Assembly: GCA_965367705.1 (NCBI GenBank)
Contig: CBDUKC010000001.1
Coordinates: 1-49,126 of the forward strand
Length of the DNA: 49,126 nucleotides
Source: an uncultured Maribacter sp.
GTDB lineage: Bacteria > Bacteroidota > Bacteroidia > Flavobacteriales > Flavobacteriaceae
Reading direction: 5' to 3'
Below the pieces are notes generated by a model. The model had not been told where the DNA came from and did no database searches. It saw only the letters and a list, made by a program, of their open reading frames with translations. Both the position numbers and the translations under genes were made by a program. How positions within the stretch are numbered: position 1 is the stretch's first letter; the number at the start of each line of letters is the position of its first letter. Below are positions 18,869 to 27,771 of the stretch, one piece after another.

Positions 18869-20500
18869 ATGTACAACCCAAAATCGATACGCCTAGTTTT
18901 AGTAGTATTATTCTTAGTAATCCTAGGCGCTCAAGCACAGCAACAGGATTCTGGTACTATAAATTCAAAGGTTGAGCCAATATCCGAAATAGTAACGGAT
19001 AGCCTTGGTCATAAGTTAGTTTCTGAACATGTAGAAAAACTTGAAGTGACAGTATTGCCAGATACTCCAATGTCGCTTTTTAACACAAAGGATACTACAC
19101 GGTATGATTTAAAAGATCATAAAGCAGCTGCTAAGTTTGATAGTCTATGGATGAAAGAATTGCTGCAAAATGCATCGCTTTTTGATGAAATGTATCAAGA
19201 GGTAGTTAATCTTGACACTATTGCGATCACAGAAGTAGATTTAAATACTGACACGCTTAAGCTACGTTTAGAAAGGTTAAATCGAAAAACACCTTTTAAT
19301 GTTGCCTACAATCCATCCTTGGAAAGGGTTATTAAATCTTTTTTGACAAGAAGGCGCGGTCTAATGGAGCGCATGATGACGGCAAGCCAATTTTATTTTC
19401 CACTTTTTGAGCAAGAACTAGATAATCACGATATTCCTTTGGAAATGAAATATTTGGCCATCGTAGAATCTGCGCTGAATCCAAAAGCACGCTCTAGGGT
19501 TGGTGCTACTGGTTTGTGGCAGTTTATGTATGGGACAGGACGCGAAATGAAATTGAAGATAGATAGTTACGTAGACGAGCGTAGTGATCCTATAAAATCT
19601 ACAGAAGCGGCTTGCAAATATTTAAATAGACTCTACAGTATTTACGAGGATTGGGATTTGGCACTGGCCGCCTACAACTCTGGTCCAGGGAACGTGAATA
19701 AGGCAATACGCAGATCTGGCGGGTACAGAAATTACTGGAACTTAAGAAGTTATTTGCCAAGGGAAACCGCTGGATATGTGCCTGCATTTTTGGCTACTAT
19801 GTATATTTTTGAATATGCGGAAGAGCATGGGATACGAGGAAAGAAGGCGGAACGAAATTATTTTGAGACAGACACAATACACGTGAAGAGTCTTATTACA
19901 TTCGATCAGATATCCAAATTAACAGGGATGGAGAAAGAACAGGTTGCGCTCCTGAACCCTTCATATAAGCTAAATGCCATACCATACATAGAAGGGGAAA
20001 CGAATGCTTTGCGCCTACCTTGGGATGTTATGGGCAAATTCGTTGCAAATGAAGAAGCCATTTACGCACATGTAGAGAAGGAGCTAAAAAGTAAAGAAAG
20101 TCCTTTGCCAGAACTTGTACAGCAAGCAGAGGAAAATAGGATACGGTATAAAGTGCGTAGTGGGGATTTTTTAGGTAAAATAGCCGAGCGTTACGGGGTA
20201 GGTGTTAGCCAAATAAAGAGATGGAACGGTCTTAGGAGTAATAATCTCCGGATTGGGCAACGTTTGACCATATATCCCAAAAGAAATGCAAAAGCTTCTG
20301 TACAACCTAAAAGCACGCCTGCTAGAACTGCGGTAGCTAGCAATAGTAAGGTGCATGAGGTGCAGAGCGGAGACTCCCTTTGGACCATTTCTCGAAAATA
20401 TCCTGGAATTAGCATTGATAATTTACGAAAATGGAACGGTATTAGTGGTAACAATCTAAAACCAGGCACAAAATTAAAACTGTGTGATTGTTCATCTTAA
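18869..20500 (+). CDS. MltD-like lytic murein transglycosylase with LysM domains
   Basis: SLT motifs IVESALNP, GATGLWQFM, AAYNSGPG; two C-terminal LysM domains (YKVRSGDFL.., HEVQSGDSLW..). ATG 18869 preferred over GTG 18842 because it precedes a signal peptide. Confidence 0.9.
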   Translation: MYNPKSIRLVLVVLFLVILGAQAQQQDSGTINSKVEPISEIVTDSLGHKLVSEHVEKLEVTVLPDTPMSLFNTKDTTRYDLKDHKAAAKFDSLWMKELLQNASLFDEMYQEVVNLDTIAITEVDLNTDTLKLRLERLNRKTPFNVAYNPSLERVIKSFLTRRRGLMERMMTASQFYFPLFEQELDNHDIPLEMKYLAIVESALNPKARSRVGATGLWQFMYGTGREMKLKIDSYVDERSDPIKSTEAACKYLNRLYSIYEDWDLALAAYNSGPGNVNKAIRRSGGYRNYWNLRSYLPRETAGYVPAFLATMYIFEYAEEHGIRGKKAERNYFETDTIHVKSLITFDQISKLTGMEKEQVALLNPSYKLNAIPYIEGETNALRLPWDVMGKFVANEEAIYAHVEKELKSKESPLPELVQQAEENRIRYKVRSGDFLGKIAERYGVGVSQIKRWNGLRSNNLRIGQRLTIYPKRNAKASVQPKSTPARTAVASNSKVHEVQSGDSLWTISRKYPGISIDNLRKWNGISGNNLKPGTKLKLCDCSS

Positions 20501-20515
20501 ACCAGAAATCGAAAA

Positions 20516-21505
20516 ATGAAAAATTTACTTGCACTAAGTTTAGTCTTAATCTTTGTTCTCTCTTCATGTAAAGAAGGAAAAAAACAGGACTATCTACCTA
20601 ATTCCATCGGGGCGTATAACACGCTTACCATCGTCATAGAAAATGAATTATGGAAGAGTGAAGTAGGGGATAGAATACGTGAAAATTTTGCAGCACCGGC
20701 CCTTGGGCTCACTTGGGACGAGGCCCTGTTCAGTATTACCCAGGTTCCCCCACAAGTGTTTACGGGAGCCGTTAGAAATACCAGAAATGTACTTTACGTT
20801 ATGGAAGACTCCATAGATATAGCGCATATGAAAACTGATATGTACGCAAAACCTCAAAAGGTAGGCGTTTTAAAGGGGCGCAGCAAAGCTGAGATTATCC
20901 AAAACCTCAACGAAAAAGCCTCAGAATTTATAGATACATTTAAGAAACAGGAAATAGAAGAGGCGCAAAGACGATTTTTAAAATCGCTGAATAAAGAGAA
21001 GGCGTTAGAGAAACATCTGGGTATTACGTTGAACGTGCCATCGATTTATAAGGTAGGAAGAGAAGAGGATAATTTTGTTTGGATCGATAGACAAATACAA
21101 AAAGGCACCATGAATATTATAGCGTATAGTGTGCCTTGGAATACTTTTGACAACGATAGCACCTTTGTACAGGATATTATAAAGATGCGGGATTCTATTG
21201 GTAAATTATTTGTTCCAGGAGAACCTATCCCGGGGAAAGAAAATTATATGATTACCGAAAAAGCGTTTTCCCCATATGTCTTTCCTGCTGAGGTTTCTGG
21301 CAGAAAAGCAGCTGAGATAAGGGGTATTTGGGAAATGTCCGGATATCCGATGGCAGGCCCTTTTTTGACCTATATAATCAACGACAAGCCCAACAATAGA
21401 AAACTAGTTCTGGAAGGCTTTACATTTGCTCCTGCTACGGAGAAAAGAGACTATATGTTTGAGTTAGAGGCCATACTTAAAACGCTTAAATTCAATACAC
21501 CATAA
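20516..21505 (+). CDS. Conserved Bacteroidota lipoprotein (DUF4837-like)
   Basis: Lipobox LSSC; RDSIGK, RGIWEM..MAGPF..Y, EGFTFAP..KRDYMFELEAI, recalled as DUF4837 motifs. Confidence 0.75.
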   Translation: MKNLLALSLVLIFVLSSCKEGKKQDYLPNSIGAYNTLTIVIENELWKSEVGDRIRENFAAPALGLTWDEALFSITQVPPQVFTGAVRNTRNVLYVMEDSIDIAHMKTDMYAKPQKVGVLKGRSKAEIIQNLNEKASEFIDTFKKQEIEEAQRRFLKSLNKEKALEKHLGITLNVPSIYKVGREEDNFVWIDRQIQKGTMNIIAYSVPWNTFDNDSTFVQDIIKMRDSIGKLFVPGEPIPGKENYMITEKAFSPYVFPAEVSGRKAAEIRGIWEMSGYPMAGPFLTYIINDKPNNRKLVLEGFTFAPATEKRDYMFELEAILKTLKFNTP

Positions 21506-21524
21506 AGGAACATGATATATATCC

Positions 21525-21563
21525 ATAAAAAAAGCTTTAGGGTATCCTAAAGCTTTTTTTTAT
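21525..21563. terminator. Bidirectional intrinsic terminator
   Basis: AAAAAAAGCTTTAGG-GTAT-CCTAAAGCTTTTTTT between convergent genes. Confidence 0.88.
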
Positions 21564-21575
21564 GCGTATTATTAT

Positions 21576-21752
21576 TTAAAGATTGCCAAATGCAAATCCT
21601 GTAGAAACCCTAAAAATAAAGGCGTAAATCGTTATAGCAATTAAGGTAAAACAAACTGCCGCGAAAATCTTAAAATAGTTTTTTAAAATAAGATGCTTCC
21701 AGTTTCTAAAGGCTTCAATATAAATTTCTTTTACAAGTAGAATTTTTTCCAT
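21576..21752 (-). CDS. 58-aa small membrane protein (DUF6747-like), absent from the ORF track
   Basis: Manual translation: MEKILLVKEIYIEAFRNWKHLILKNYFKIFAAVCFTLIAITIYAFIFRVSTGFAFGNL*; one TM helix; ends just before the bidirectional terminator. Confidence 0.8.
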   Translation of the reverse strand: MEKILLVKEIYIEAFRNWKHLILKNYFKIFAAVCFTLIAITIYAFIFRVSTGFAFGNL

Positions 21753-22015
21753 AAATCAGGGTTTTTATGTTCTTAAAAGCCAAATATCAATCTATTTGGG
21801 GAAGACTGTAAATAGATCAGACAAAACCCATATTTTTTCTGTGTAGCGCATCCCTTATTTTGGAGAATCCTTGAACTGCTGTTTTATTCGATGAAATAGC
21901 AGTAGGTAGGAAATTATTTTATTAAGGTAAAACAAGAGTAGTACAGATTAACGATGTTCCGTTGTGTGCACAGAGCATACGTTCTTCCTTTGTAAGCGAA
22001 AGAATACTATAAATG

Positions 22016-22045
22016 AAAAACCGCCGATGTTTTCATCGACGGTTT
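22016..22045 (-). terminator. Intrinsic terminator of the OmpA-domain gene
   Basis: Minus strand AAACCGTCGATG-AAAA-CATCGGCGGTTTTT, one G-U pair. Confidence 0.75.
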
Positions 22046-22069
22046 CAACATGTACATTTTTTTGTAGCC

Positions 22070-24508
22070 TTACATATTTACAATAATAAATTCCGATCTC
22101 CGGTTTAGATAATGTTTTTCTTCAGGGCATGCAATTCTGCCATTACATTCGTTAAGCAATCGCTGTTCTCCGTACCCTATAGCACTTTCGATGCGGCTGG
22201 CATCGATACCTTGAGAAATAATATAGGCTCTGGTAGATTTGGCTCTTTTATTAGAAAGGTATTCGTTGTAGACCGCACTACCTCTCGAATCGGTATGGGA
22301 CTCAATCTTAATGACCATAGTTGGATACTCCTTCATTACTTCTACGAGCTTATCTAGTTCTTCACTTGCATCTTTACGTATATATGATTTGTCAAAATCA
22401 AAATGAATCATTTCAGTCTTGAGTTTTCGGATACCATCTTCAACCGCAATCATTTCCCTAAGTTTTTTCATGGCAATTGCTACGTTAACCGTATCATTTT
22501 TAAGTGTTGCAGCTTCTACTTCGTTTGCAAAAAATGTATCCTTGTCGGTCTTTAATATGTATTTGGTGTCAGCATCTAAATCTTCAAAAATAAAACTACC
22601 GTCTTCACCAGTTTCTATCTCTTTCAACTTTACATTATTTTCATCAAGAAGCTGAACTAATGCCTTGGGCATAACATCACCTGTTACTAGTGCCGTTACG
22701 ATACCTGCTATTGCATTTGTGTTTTCAGGAACTTCTTCTACAAGTAAGTGCTTAAAGGAATAAATATCGTCAAAACCTTTTCCGCCATCTCGGTTGGATG
22801 CAAAAAATCCTTTTTTAGTTTCCTCGTTAATAATATAGGAGAAATCATCCTTATTACTATTAATTGGTTTTCCAAGATTTTTCACTTCTGAAAACCCATT
22901 TTCCTCGTCCAATGTAGCTTCATATATATCTAAACCACCTAAACCGGTATGCCCGTTTGAGGAGAAGTATAGTTTTTCACCGTTAACAAAGGGGAACATT
23001 TCTTTTTGTTCCGTGTTTACTTCTGGACCAAGGTTTTTAGGAGAAGAAAAGTTGCCGTCCTCTAGAACATCAACTACGAAAATATCCGAGTCTCCTATGC
23101 TGCCAGGCATATCTGAAACAAAATAAAGCTTTTTACCATCTTTACTAAGCGCAGGATGCCCAGTTGAATATGAATCACTATTAAAAGAAAGCTCGGTTGC
23201 CTTTGTCCATTCACCATCTATCTTTTGTGATCTATAAATTTTCAAGTGGTTAATTCCTTTACTATCACGCTTCAGCTTTTTCCCGTAATTATTTCTGGTA
23301 AAATACATGGTTTTGTTGTCGGGAGCAAAGGTCACGCCAGCTTCATGATATTTTGTGTTTAATTCTTTAGAGAATTTTACCGCATTCTTAATATCAGATG
23401 ATTCCTCGTTAAGTTTTCCTACATAAAGATCTAAATAGGGCTGGTTGTCCCATTTATACCTGCGGGTAGTTAGAAACGATGAGTCATTTGCAGAGGCGAA
23501 TACAATATCATTTTCGTTGTGAAACATTGGAGCAAATTCTGAATATTCTGAATTGACACTTAGATTTTGGATTTCAATTGTTCTAGGCTTGTTCAATATC
23601 TCATCTAGAACTATCTCGTTTGTTTCAATTGAGAATGAAGTTGTTCTATCGTTCTTCATCTTTTTGTTATACAAACGCATAAGTCTTTTTGACCTGGCAT
23701 ATTTGCCGTTTCCTTTTAATGAATGAGCATATTTAAAAATATTGTCAGCTGACATTTCTTCCTCATATTCTTCGTACAATATAGTATACCACTTATAAGC
23801 CTGCTCCATGTTGGTGTTAAAGTAATGAGCATCACCTGCTTTCTCTAAAACTTCAAAGGAGTAATTACTCTTGTCCTGTAGTGCCTGCTCGTAAAGTTCT
23901 GAAGCCTCTGCATACCACATTTTGTTAAAATACTCATCCGCCTTCTTAAGGAGCTTGCCTGATGAGCTTACTTTTGCATACGTAGAAACCTGCTTTTTGT
24001 CTGAAACACTTGTTTTGGTTGAGGTATTCTCTGAATTTGGTTTGATTACGGGAACACTATTGGTGACATGAAGAATCCATACTTCATCCTTAAATTTATT
24101 GTCAAATTTGGTTTGATGTTTATCAATAGCGGTTTCCCAATTCGTATATCGGTTGACATAGAGGTAGTATAAGTCGTTATCAGGATTCTTAAAGTACCCA
24201 GAATCAAATCCTTTACTGGTAAGTTTCTTAACCTGCTTGTTTAATTTATTTGACTTACTAAAAACACCGGAAACTAAATAAAAGCCGTTTGTTACGTCAG
24301 GGAGATTTTCAAAGGTTCGCTGTGGAATACCACCCTCCAGTGCTGCAACAATGAAAGCATCATTATTACTGGGCTGTGGAGCCTCGTATTGACTAACCTT
24401 GAGGTTCCTGTCAATAGGATTCAGGCTTGTGTTATTTGCTTCTTGAAAGCTCTGCGCCGAAGCAGCAAAGCAAAAAACAAATATAAAAGCACTAAAAATT
24501 TTCTTCAT
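22070..24508 (-). CDS. PorE-like TPR/PD40/carboxypeptidase-regulatory-like/OmpA protein with an extra N-terminal SPOR-like domain
   Basis: Signal peptide; TPR-like KKADEYFNKMWYAEASELY; PD40 repeats (NTKYHEAG, STGHPALS, GLGGLDIY, FASNRDGGKGFDDIY); OmpA C-domain (IHFDFDK, ESHTDSRG, YNEYLSNKRA, NRRSEF). Confidence 0.88.
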   Translation of the reverse strand: MKKIFSAFIFVFCFAASAQSFQEANNTSLNPIDRNLKVSQYEAPQPSNNDAFIVAALEGGIPQRTFENLPDVTNGFYLVSGVFSKSNKLNKQVKKLTSKGFDSGYFKNPDNDLYYLYVNRYTNWETAIDKHQTKFDNKFKDEVWILHVTNSVPVIKPNSENTSTKTSVSDKKQVSTYAKVSSSGKLLKKADEYFNKMWYAEASELYEQALQDKSNYSFEVLEKAGDAHYFNTNMEQAYKWYTILYEEYEEEMSADNIFKYAHSLKGNGKYARSKRLMRLYNKKMKNDRTTSFSIETNEIVLDEILNKPRTIEIQNLSVNSEYSEFAPMFHNENDIVFASANDSSFLTTRRYKWDNQPYLDLYVGKLNEESSDIKNAVKFSKELNTKYHEAGVTFAPDNKTMYFTRNNYGKKLKRDSKGINHLKIYRSQKIDGEWTKATELSFNSDSYSTGHPALSKDGKKLYFVSDMPGSIGDSDIFVVDVLEDGNFSSPKNLGPEVNTEQKEMFPFVNGEKLYFSSNGHTGLGGLDIYEATLDEENGFSEVKNLGKPINSNKDDFSYIINEETKKGFFASNRDGGKGFDDIYSFKHLLVEEVPENTNAIAGIVTALVTGDVMPKALVQLLDENNVKLKEIETGEDGSFIFEDLDADTKYILKTDKDTFFANEVEAATLKNDTVNVAIAMKKLREMIAVEDGIRKLKTEMIHFDFDKSYIRKDASEELDKLVEVMKEYPTMVIKIESHTDSRGSAVYNEYLSNKRAKSTRAYIISQGIDASRIESAIGYGEQRLLNECNGRIACPEEKHYLNRRSEFIIVNM

Positions 24509-24897
24509 GATAAAGGCTTGCGTTTAAAATACACATCAACAAGAAGGATATTGATTACATGTTTTTATCTTGTATAAATGCTGCTGGTTCACGAAACTAG
24601 CGGTAATACGGGAGTTGTATTATATTTTGTTGTGAAAGCTATATATTCTGTAGTGTATCATTATGAAAATGATTTATAGAAATTCTAACGTGTTGAAGAA
24701 ATGGCCAAAATTCACCGTACTTTGAATAAATTTAATAAAATACTTTACGGTATAAAATGAAATTTAAGTTGCCTTGAAAGAAAGAGAAAACCAAAATTTT
24801 TTGCGCAATCACAATTATTTTGATTAGAGGCGTTTATGATCTTATTTTTCTTGGATATGCCTCTAAGGGCTGAGTAATACTGAAGAATTTTTGGAAC

Positions 24898-24925
24898 AAA
24901 AAAAAGCCACAATGTTAATTGTGGC
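24898..24925 (-). terminator. Intrinsic terminator of tatA
   Basis: GCCACAAT-GTTA-ATTGTGGC with an A8 run on its left (U tail on the minus strand). Confidence 0.8.
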
Positions 24926-24954
24926 AAAATTTTTAGATAAAAGTTATGTGAAAT

Positions 24955-25140
24955 TTATTCCTTTTTTGTTTCGTCTATTTGCTCATCTTCCTTAGAAGCG
25001 TCTTTAAACTCTTTTATCCCACTACCTAGTCCACGCATCAACTCGGGGATTTTCTTTCCTCCAAAAAGTAGAAGCACAACCAACACTACTATGGCAATCT
25101 GCCAAGGACCAATAGCCAATATTATATTTGAAAATGTCAT
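24955..25140 (-). CDS. tatA: Twin-arginine translocase TatA/E
   Basis: [25 protein letters not shown] signature. Confidence 0.96.
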   Translation of the reverse strand: MTFSNIILAIGPWQIAIVVLVVLLLFGGKKIPELMRGLGSGIKEFKDASKEDEQIDETKKE

Positions 25141-25343
25141 ATCGATATCTTTTAAGAATAGTACGAAGGTATGAAAAACTAGCTTATTTTACTAGAATAT
25201 TAACGTATCAGATTACAAACGCGTATTAAGGTGAGCATATATATACGCAATGTGACCCATATTGGTGCATAGTAGTTACCTTGAGTCTTATATTTTTTGA
25301 GCGAATAGCCTGTATTTTGATTTCTAAGTTTATCTTTGTTAGG

Positions 25344-26213
25344 ATGGCCAGAAAGGGAAAAAAGAGAAAAGAAATTAAACGAAAATTACTTCATAAGTAT
25401 CGCTTAGTGATACTTAATGAAAGTACTTTCGAGGAAAAGATTTCCTTTAAACTTAGTAGGTTAAACGTATTTGTGACGGGTTCGCTATTAATGATTCTAC
25501 TTATAGGTCTAACTATATTATTAATCGCTTTTACGCCGTTACGAGAATATATACCAGGATATTCTTCTACAAAACTCAAAAAACAAGCTACCGAGCTAAC
25601 CTATAAAACCGATTCTTTGGTACAAATCTTAGGTTATACCAATAGGTATTTAGATAATATCCGAATGGTGCTCAAGGGTGATATAGAGAACAACGAGGTA
25701 AACCGTGACTCCTTGTTCCAACAATTTAAAATAGATCCATCATCAATTGATTTAACGCCTACGAAACAGGATTCTCTATTGAGGGCAGAAGTGGCTTTAG
25801 AGGATAAGTATAATCTGTTCGAAAGAAATTCAGATAAAAAAACTATGGTACTCTTCCCTCCGATTACCGGTAGTGTTACCATGCCTTTTGATACAAAGGA
25901 AAAACACTACGCTGTAGATGTAGTCGCCCCAATGGATACACCGGTAAAAGCCGCCGCCAATGGTACAGTAATATTTTCTGAATGGACAGCCGATACCGGC
26001 TATGTTATAATCTTGGAGCATGAAGACGGCTTACTAACCGTTTATAAGCATAACGGCTCCTTAGCCAAAACCCAGGGAGCAGTGGTGCGGGGAGGAGAAG
26101 TTATTGCTTCTGTAGGTAACACCGGAGAGCTTACTACAGGGCCACACTTACACTTTGAACTATGGGACAACGGAAGTCCTGTAAACCCATTAGATTTCAT
26201 AGACTTTAATTAA
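25344..26213 (+). CDS. M23-family metallopeptidase with N-terminal membrane anchor
   Basis: HYAVD (HxxxD), YKH, TTGPHLHFELW (HxH). ATG 25344 preferred over TTG 25281 because TATCTTTG lies at 25331-25338. Confidence 0.9.
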   Translation: MARKGKKRKEIKRKLLHKYRLVILNESTFEEKISFKLSRLNVFVTGSLLMILLIGLTILLIAFTPLREYIPGYSSTKLKKQATELTYKTDSLVQILGYTNRYLDNIRMVLKGDIENNEVNRDSLFQQFKIDPSSIDLTPTKQDSLLRAEVALEDKYNLFERNSDKKTMVLFPPITGSVTMPFDTKEKHYAVDVVAPMDTPVKAAANGTVIFSEWTADTGYVIILEHEDGLLTVYKHNGSLAKTQGAVVRGGEVIASVGNTGELTTGPHLHFELWDNGSPVNPLDFIDFN

Positions 26214-26217
26214 AACT

Positions 26218-27717
26218 ATGTCCATAAAAGCAGTAGCCGCCAAGGTTTTCGCCCGTTACATATATGGAAAAACGCAAAAGTGGGTAAACAATCCCATACA
26301 AACACAGCAAAAAGTTTTTGACCACCTTATTGCCAAGGCTTCAAACACCAAATTTGGAAAGGACCATAATTTTAATGCTATTTTATCTTTTGAGGATTTT
26401 GCAAAGCAGGTACCCATAAGAGATTATGAAGAATTAAAATCATATGTGGATAGGGTAGTTTTGGGAGAAAGGGACATTCTCTGGCCCGGACAACCGGTAT
26501 ATTTTGCAAAAACATCAGGAACCACCTCCGGAGCAAAATACATCCCAATAACAAAAGAATCTATTAAATATCAAATAGAGGCATCTAGAAACGCCATGCT
26601 CACTTATATCCATGAAACCGGAAATGCAGATTTTGTAAATGGAAAAATGATCTTTTTACAAGGGAGTCCAGAACTTAAAGAGAAAAATGGAGTTAAACTT
26701 GGAAGACTTTCTGGAATAGCTGCTCATTATATTCCTAATTATTTACAAAAGAATAGATTACCTAGTTGGGAAACCAATTGCATAGATGATTGGGAGACCA
26801 AGGTAAATGCGGTGGTAGCAGAAACTAAGGACCAAGATATGACCGTAATAGCAGGTATTCCTTCCTGGGTGCAGATGTATTTTGAGAAGCTCCATGAAAA
26901 AACCAATCGGAATATTGGAGAGCTGTTTAAAAATTTCGAACTTTTTATTTATGGAGGGGTAAATTATGAACCGTACCGAAAAAAGTTTGAAAAGCTTATA
27001 GGGAGAAGGGTTGCAAGTATAGAGCTATTTCCTGCAAGCGAAGGTTTTTTTGCCTATCAAAACGCTCAAAACGATAAGGGACTGTTGTTGCTTTTAAATT
27101 CTGGTATTTTTTATGAATTTATAAAAGCGGATGAATTTTTCTCGGAGAATAGGAAGCGTGTTACATTAAAGGAGGTGGTTAAAGGCGTTGATTATGTGAT
27201 GATTATATCTACCAATGCGGGATTGTGGGCATATAATCTTGGAGATACCGTTCGGTTTACTTCTCTAAGTCCCTTTAAAATAATTGTTTCGGGAAGAATA
27301 AAGCATTTTATTTCTGCATTCGGGGAGCATGTAATTGCAAAGGAAGTGGAAGAAGCAATGTTGATAGCCACTGAAAAGACAGGCGCTAGTGTTAATGAGT
27401 TTACGGTAGCCCCTCAAATTACACCTAAGAATAATGAACTTCCTTATCATGAGTGGCTTATAGAATTTGAAAAGGAACCTGAGGACATGACTTGTTTTAT
27501 AGAGACCTTGGACAAAGCATTACGGGGTCAGAATAGCTATTATGATGATTTAATAACGGGAAAAATATTACAGACACTAAAAGTTGCTCCCATAAAACAA
27601 GGAGGCTTTAGGGACTACATGAAATCTATTGGCAAGTTGGGAGGTCAAAATAAGGTACAACGCCTATCCAATGATAGAGAATTAGCCGTAAAGCTATTGT
27701 GCCACAAACTGCAATAA
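26218..27717 (+). CDS. GH3 auxin-responsive-family acyl-adenylate-forming enzyme
   Basis: AKTSGTTSGAKYIP P-loop, FPASEGFF, GLWAYNLGD, GGQNKVQRL. Confidence 0.88.
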   Translation: MSIKAVAAKVFARYIYGKTQKWVNNPIQTQQKVFDHLIAKASNTKFGKDHNFNAILSFEDFAKQVPIRDYEELKSYVDRVVLGERDILWPGQPVYFAKTSGTTSGAKYIPITKESIKYQIEASRNAMLTYIHETGNADFVNGKMIFLQGSPELKEKNGVKLGRLSGIAAHYIPNYLQKNRLPSWETNCIDDWETKVNAVVAETKDQDMTVIAGIPSWVQMYFEKLHEKTNRNIGELFKNFELFIYGGVNYEPYRKKFEKLIGRRVASIELFPASEGFFAYQNAQNDKGLLLLLNSGIFYEFIKADEFFSENRKRVTLKEVVKGVDYVMIISTNAGLWAYNLGDTVRFTSLSPFKIIVSGRIKHFISAFGEHVIAKEVEEAMLIATEKTGASVNEFTVAPQITPKNNELPYHEWLIEFEKEPEDMTCFIETLDKALRGQNSYYDDLITGKILQTLKVAPIKQGGFRDYMKSIGKLGGQNKVQRLSNDRELAVKLLCHKLQ

Positions 27718-27771
27718 AAACCAAGCTAAAGGAACTTAAATTTTAATTGTAATTTTGTTCGAAATCCTCAT

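Noticed and set aside
24389-24927. ORFs 24389..24577 and 24745..24927
   Set aside because: One is antisense to the OmpA gene start, the other begins within the tatA terminator; neither has protein-like motifs.
26218-27717. GH3 gene as evidence of auxin metabolism or plant gene transfer
   Set aside because: GH3-like genes are widespread in Bacteroidota; the family name does not identify the substrate.
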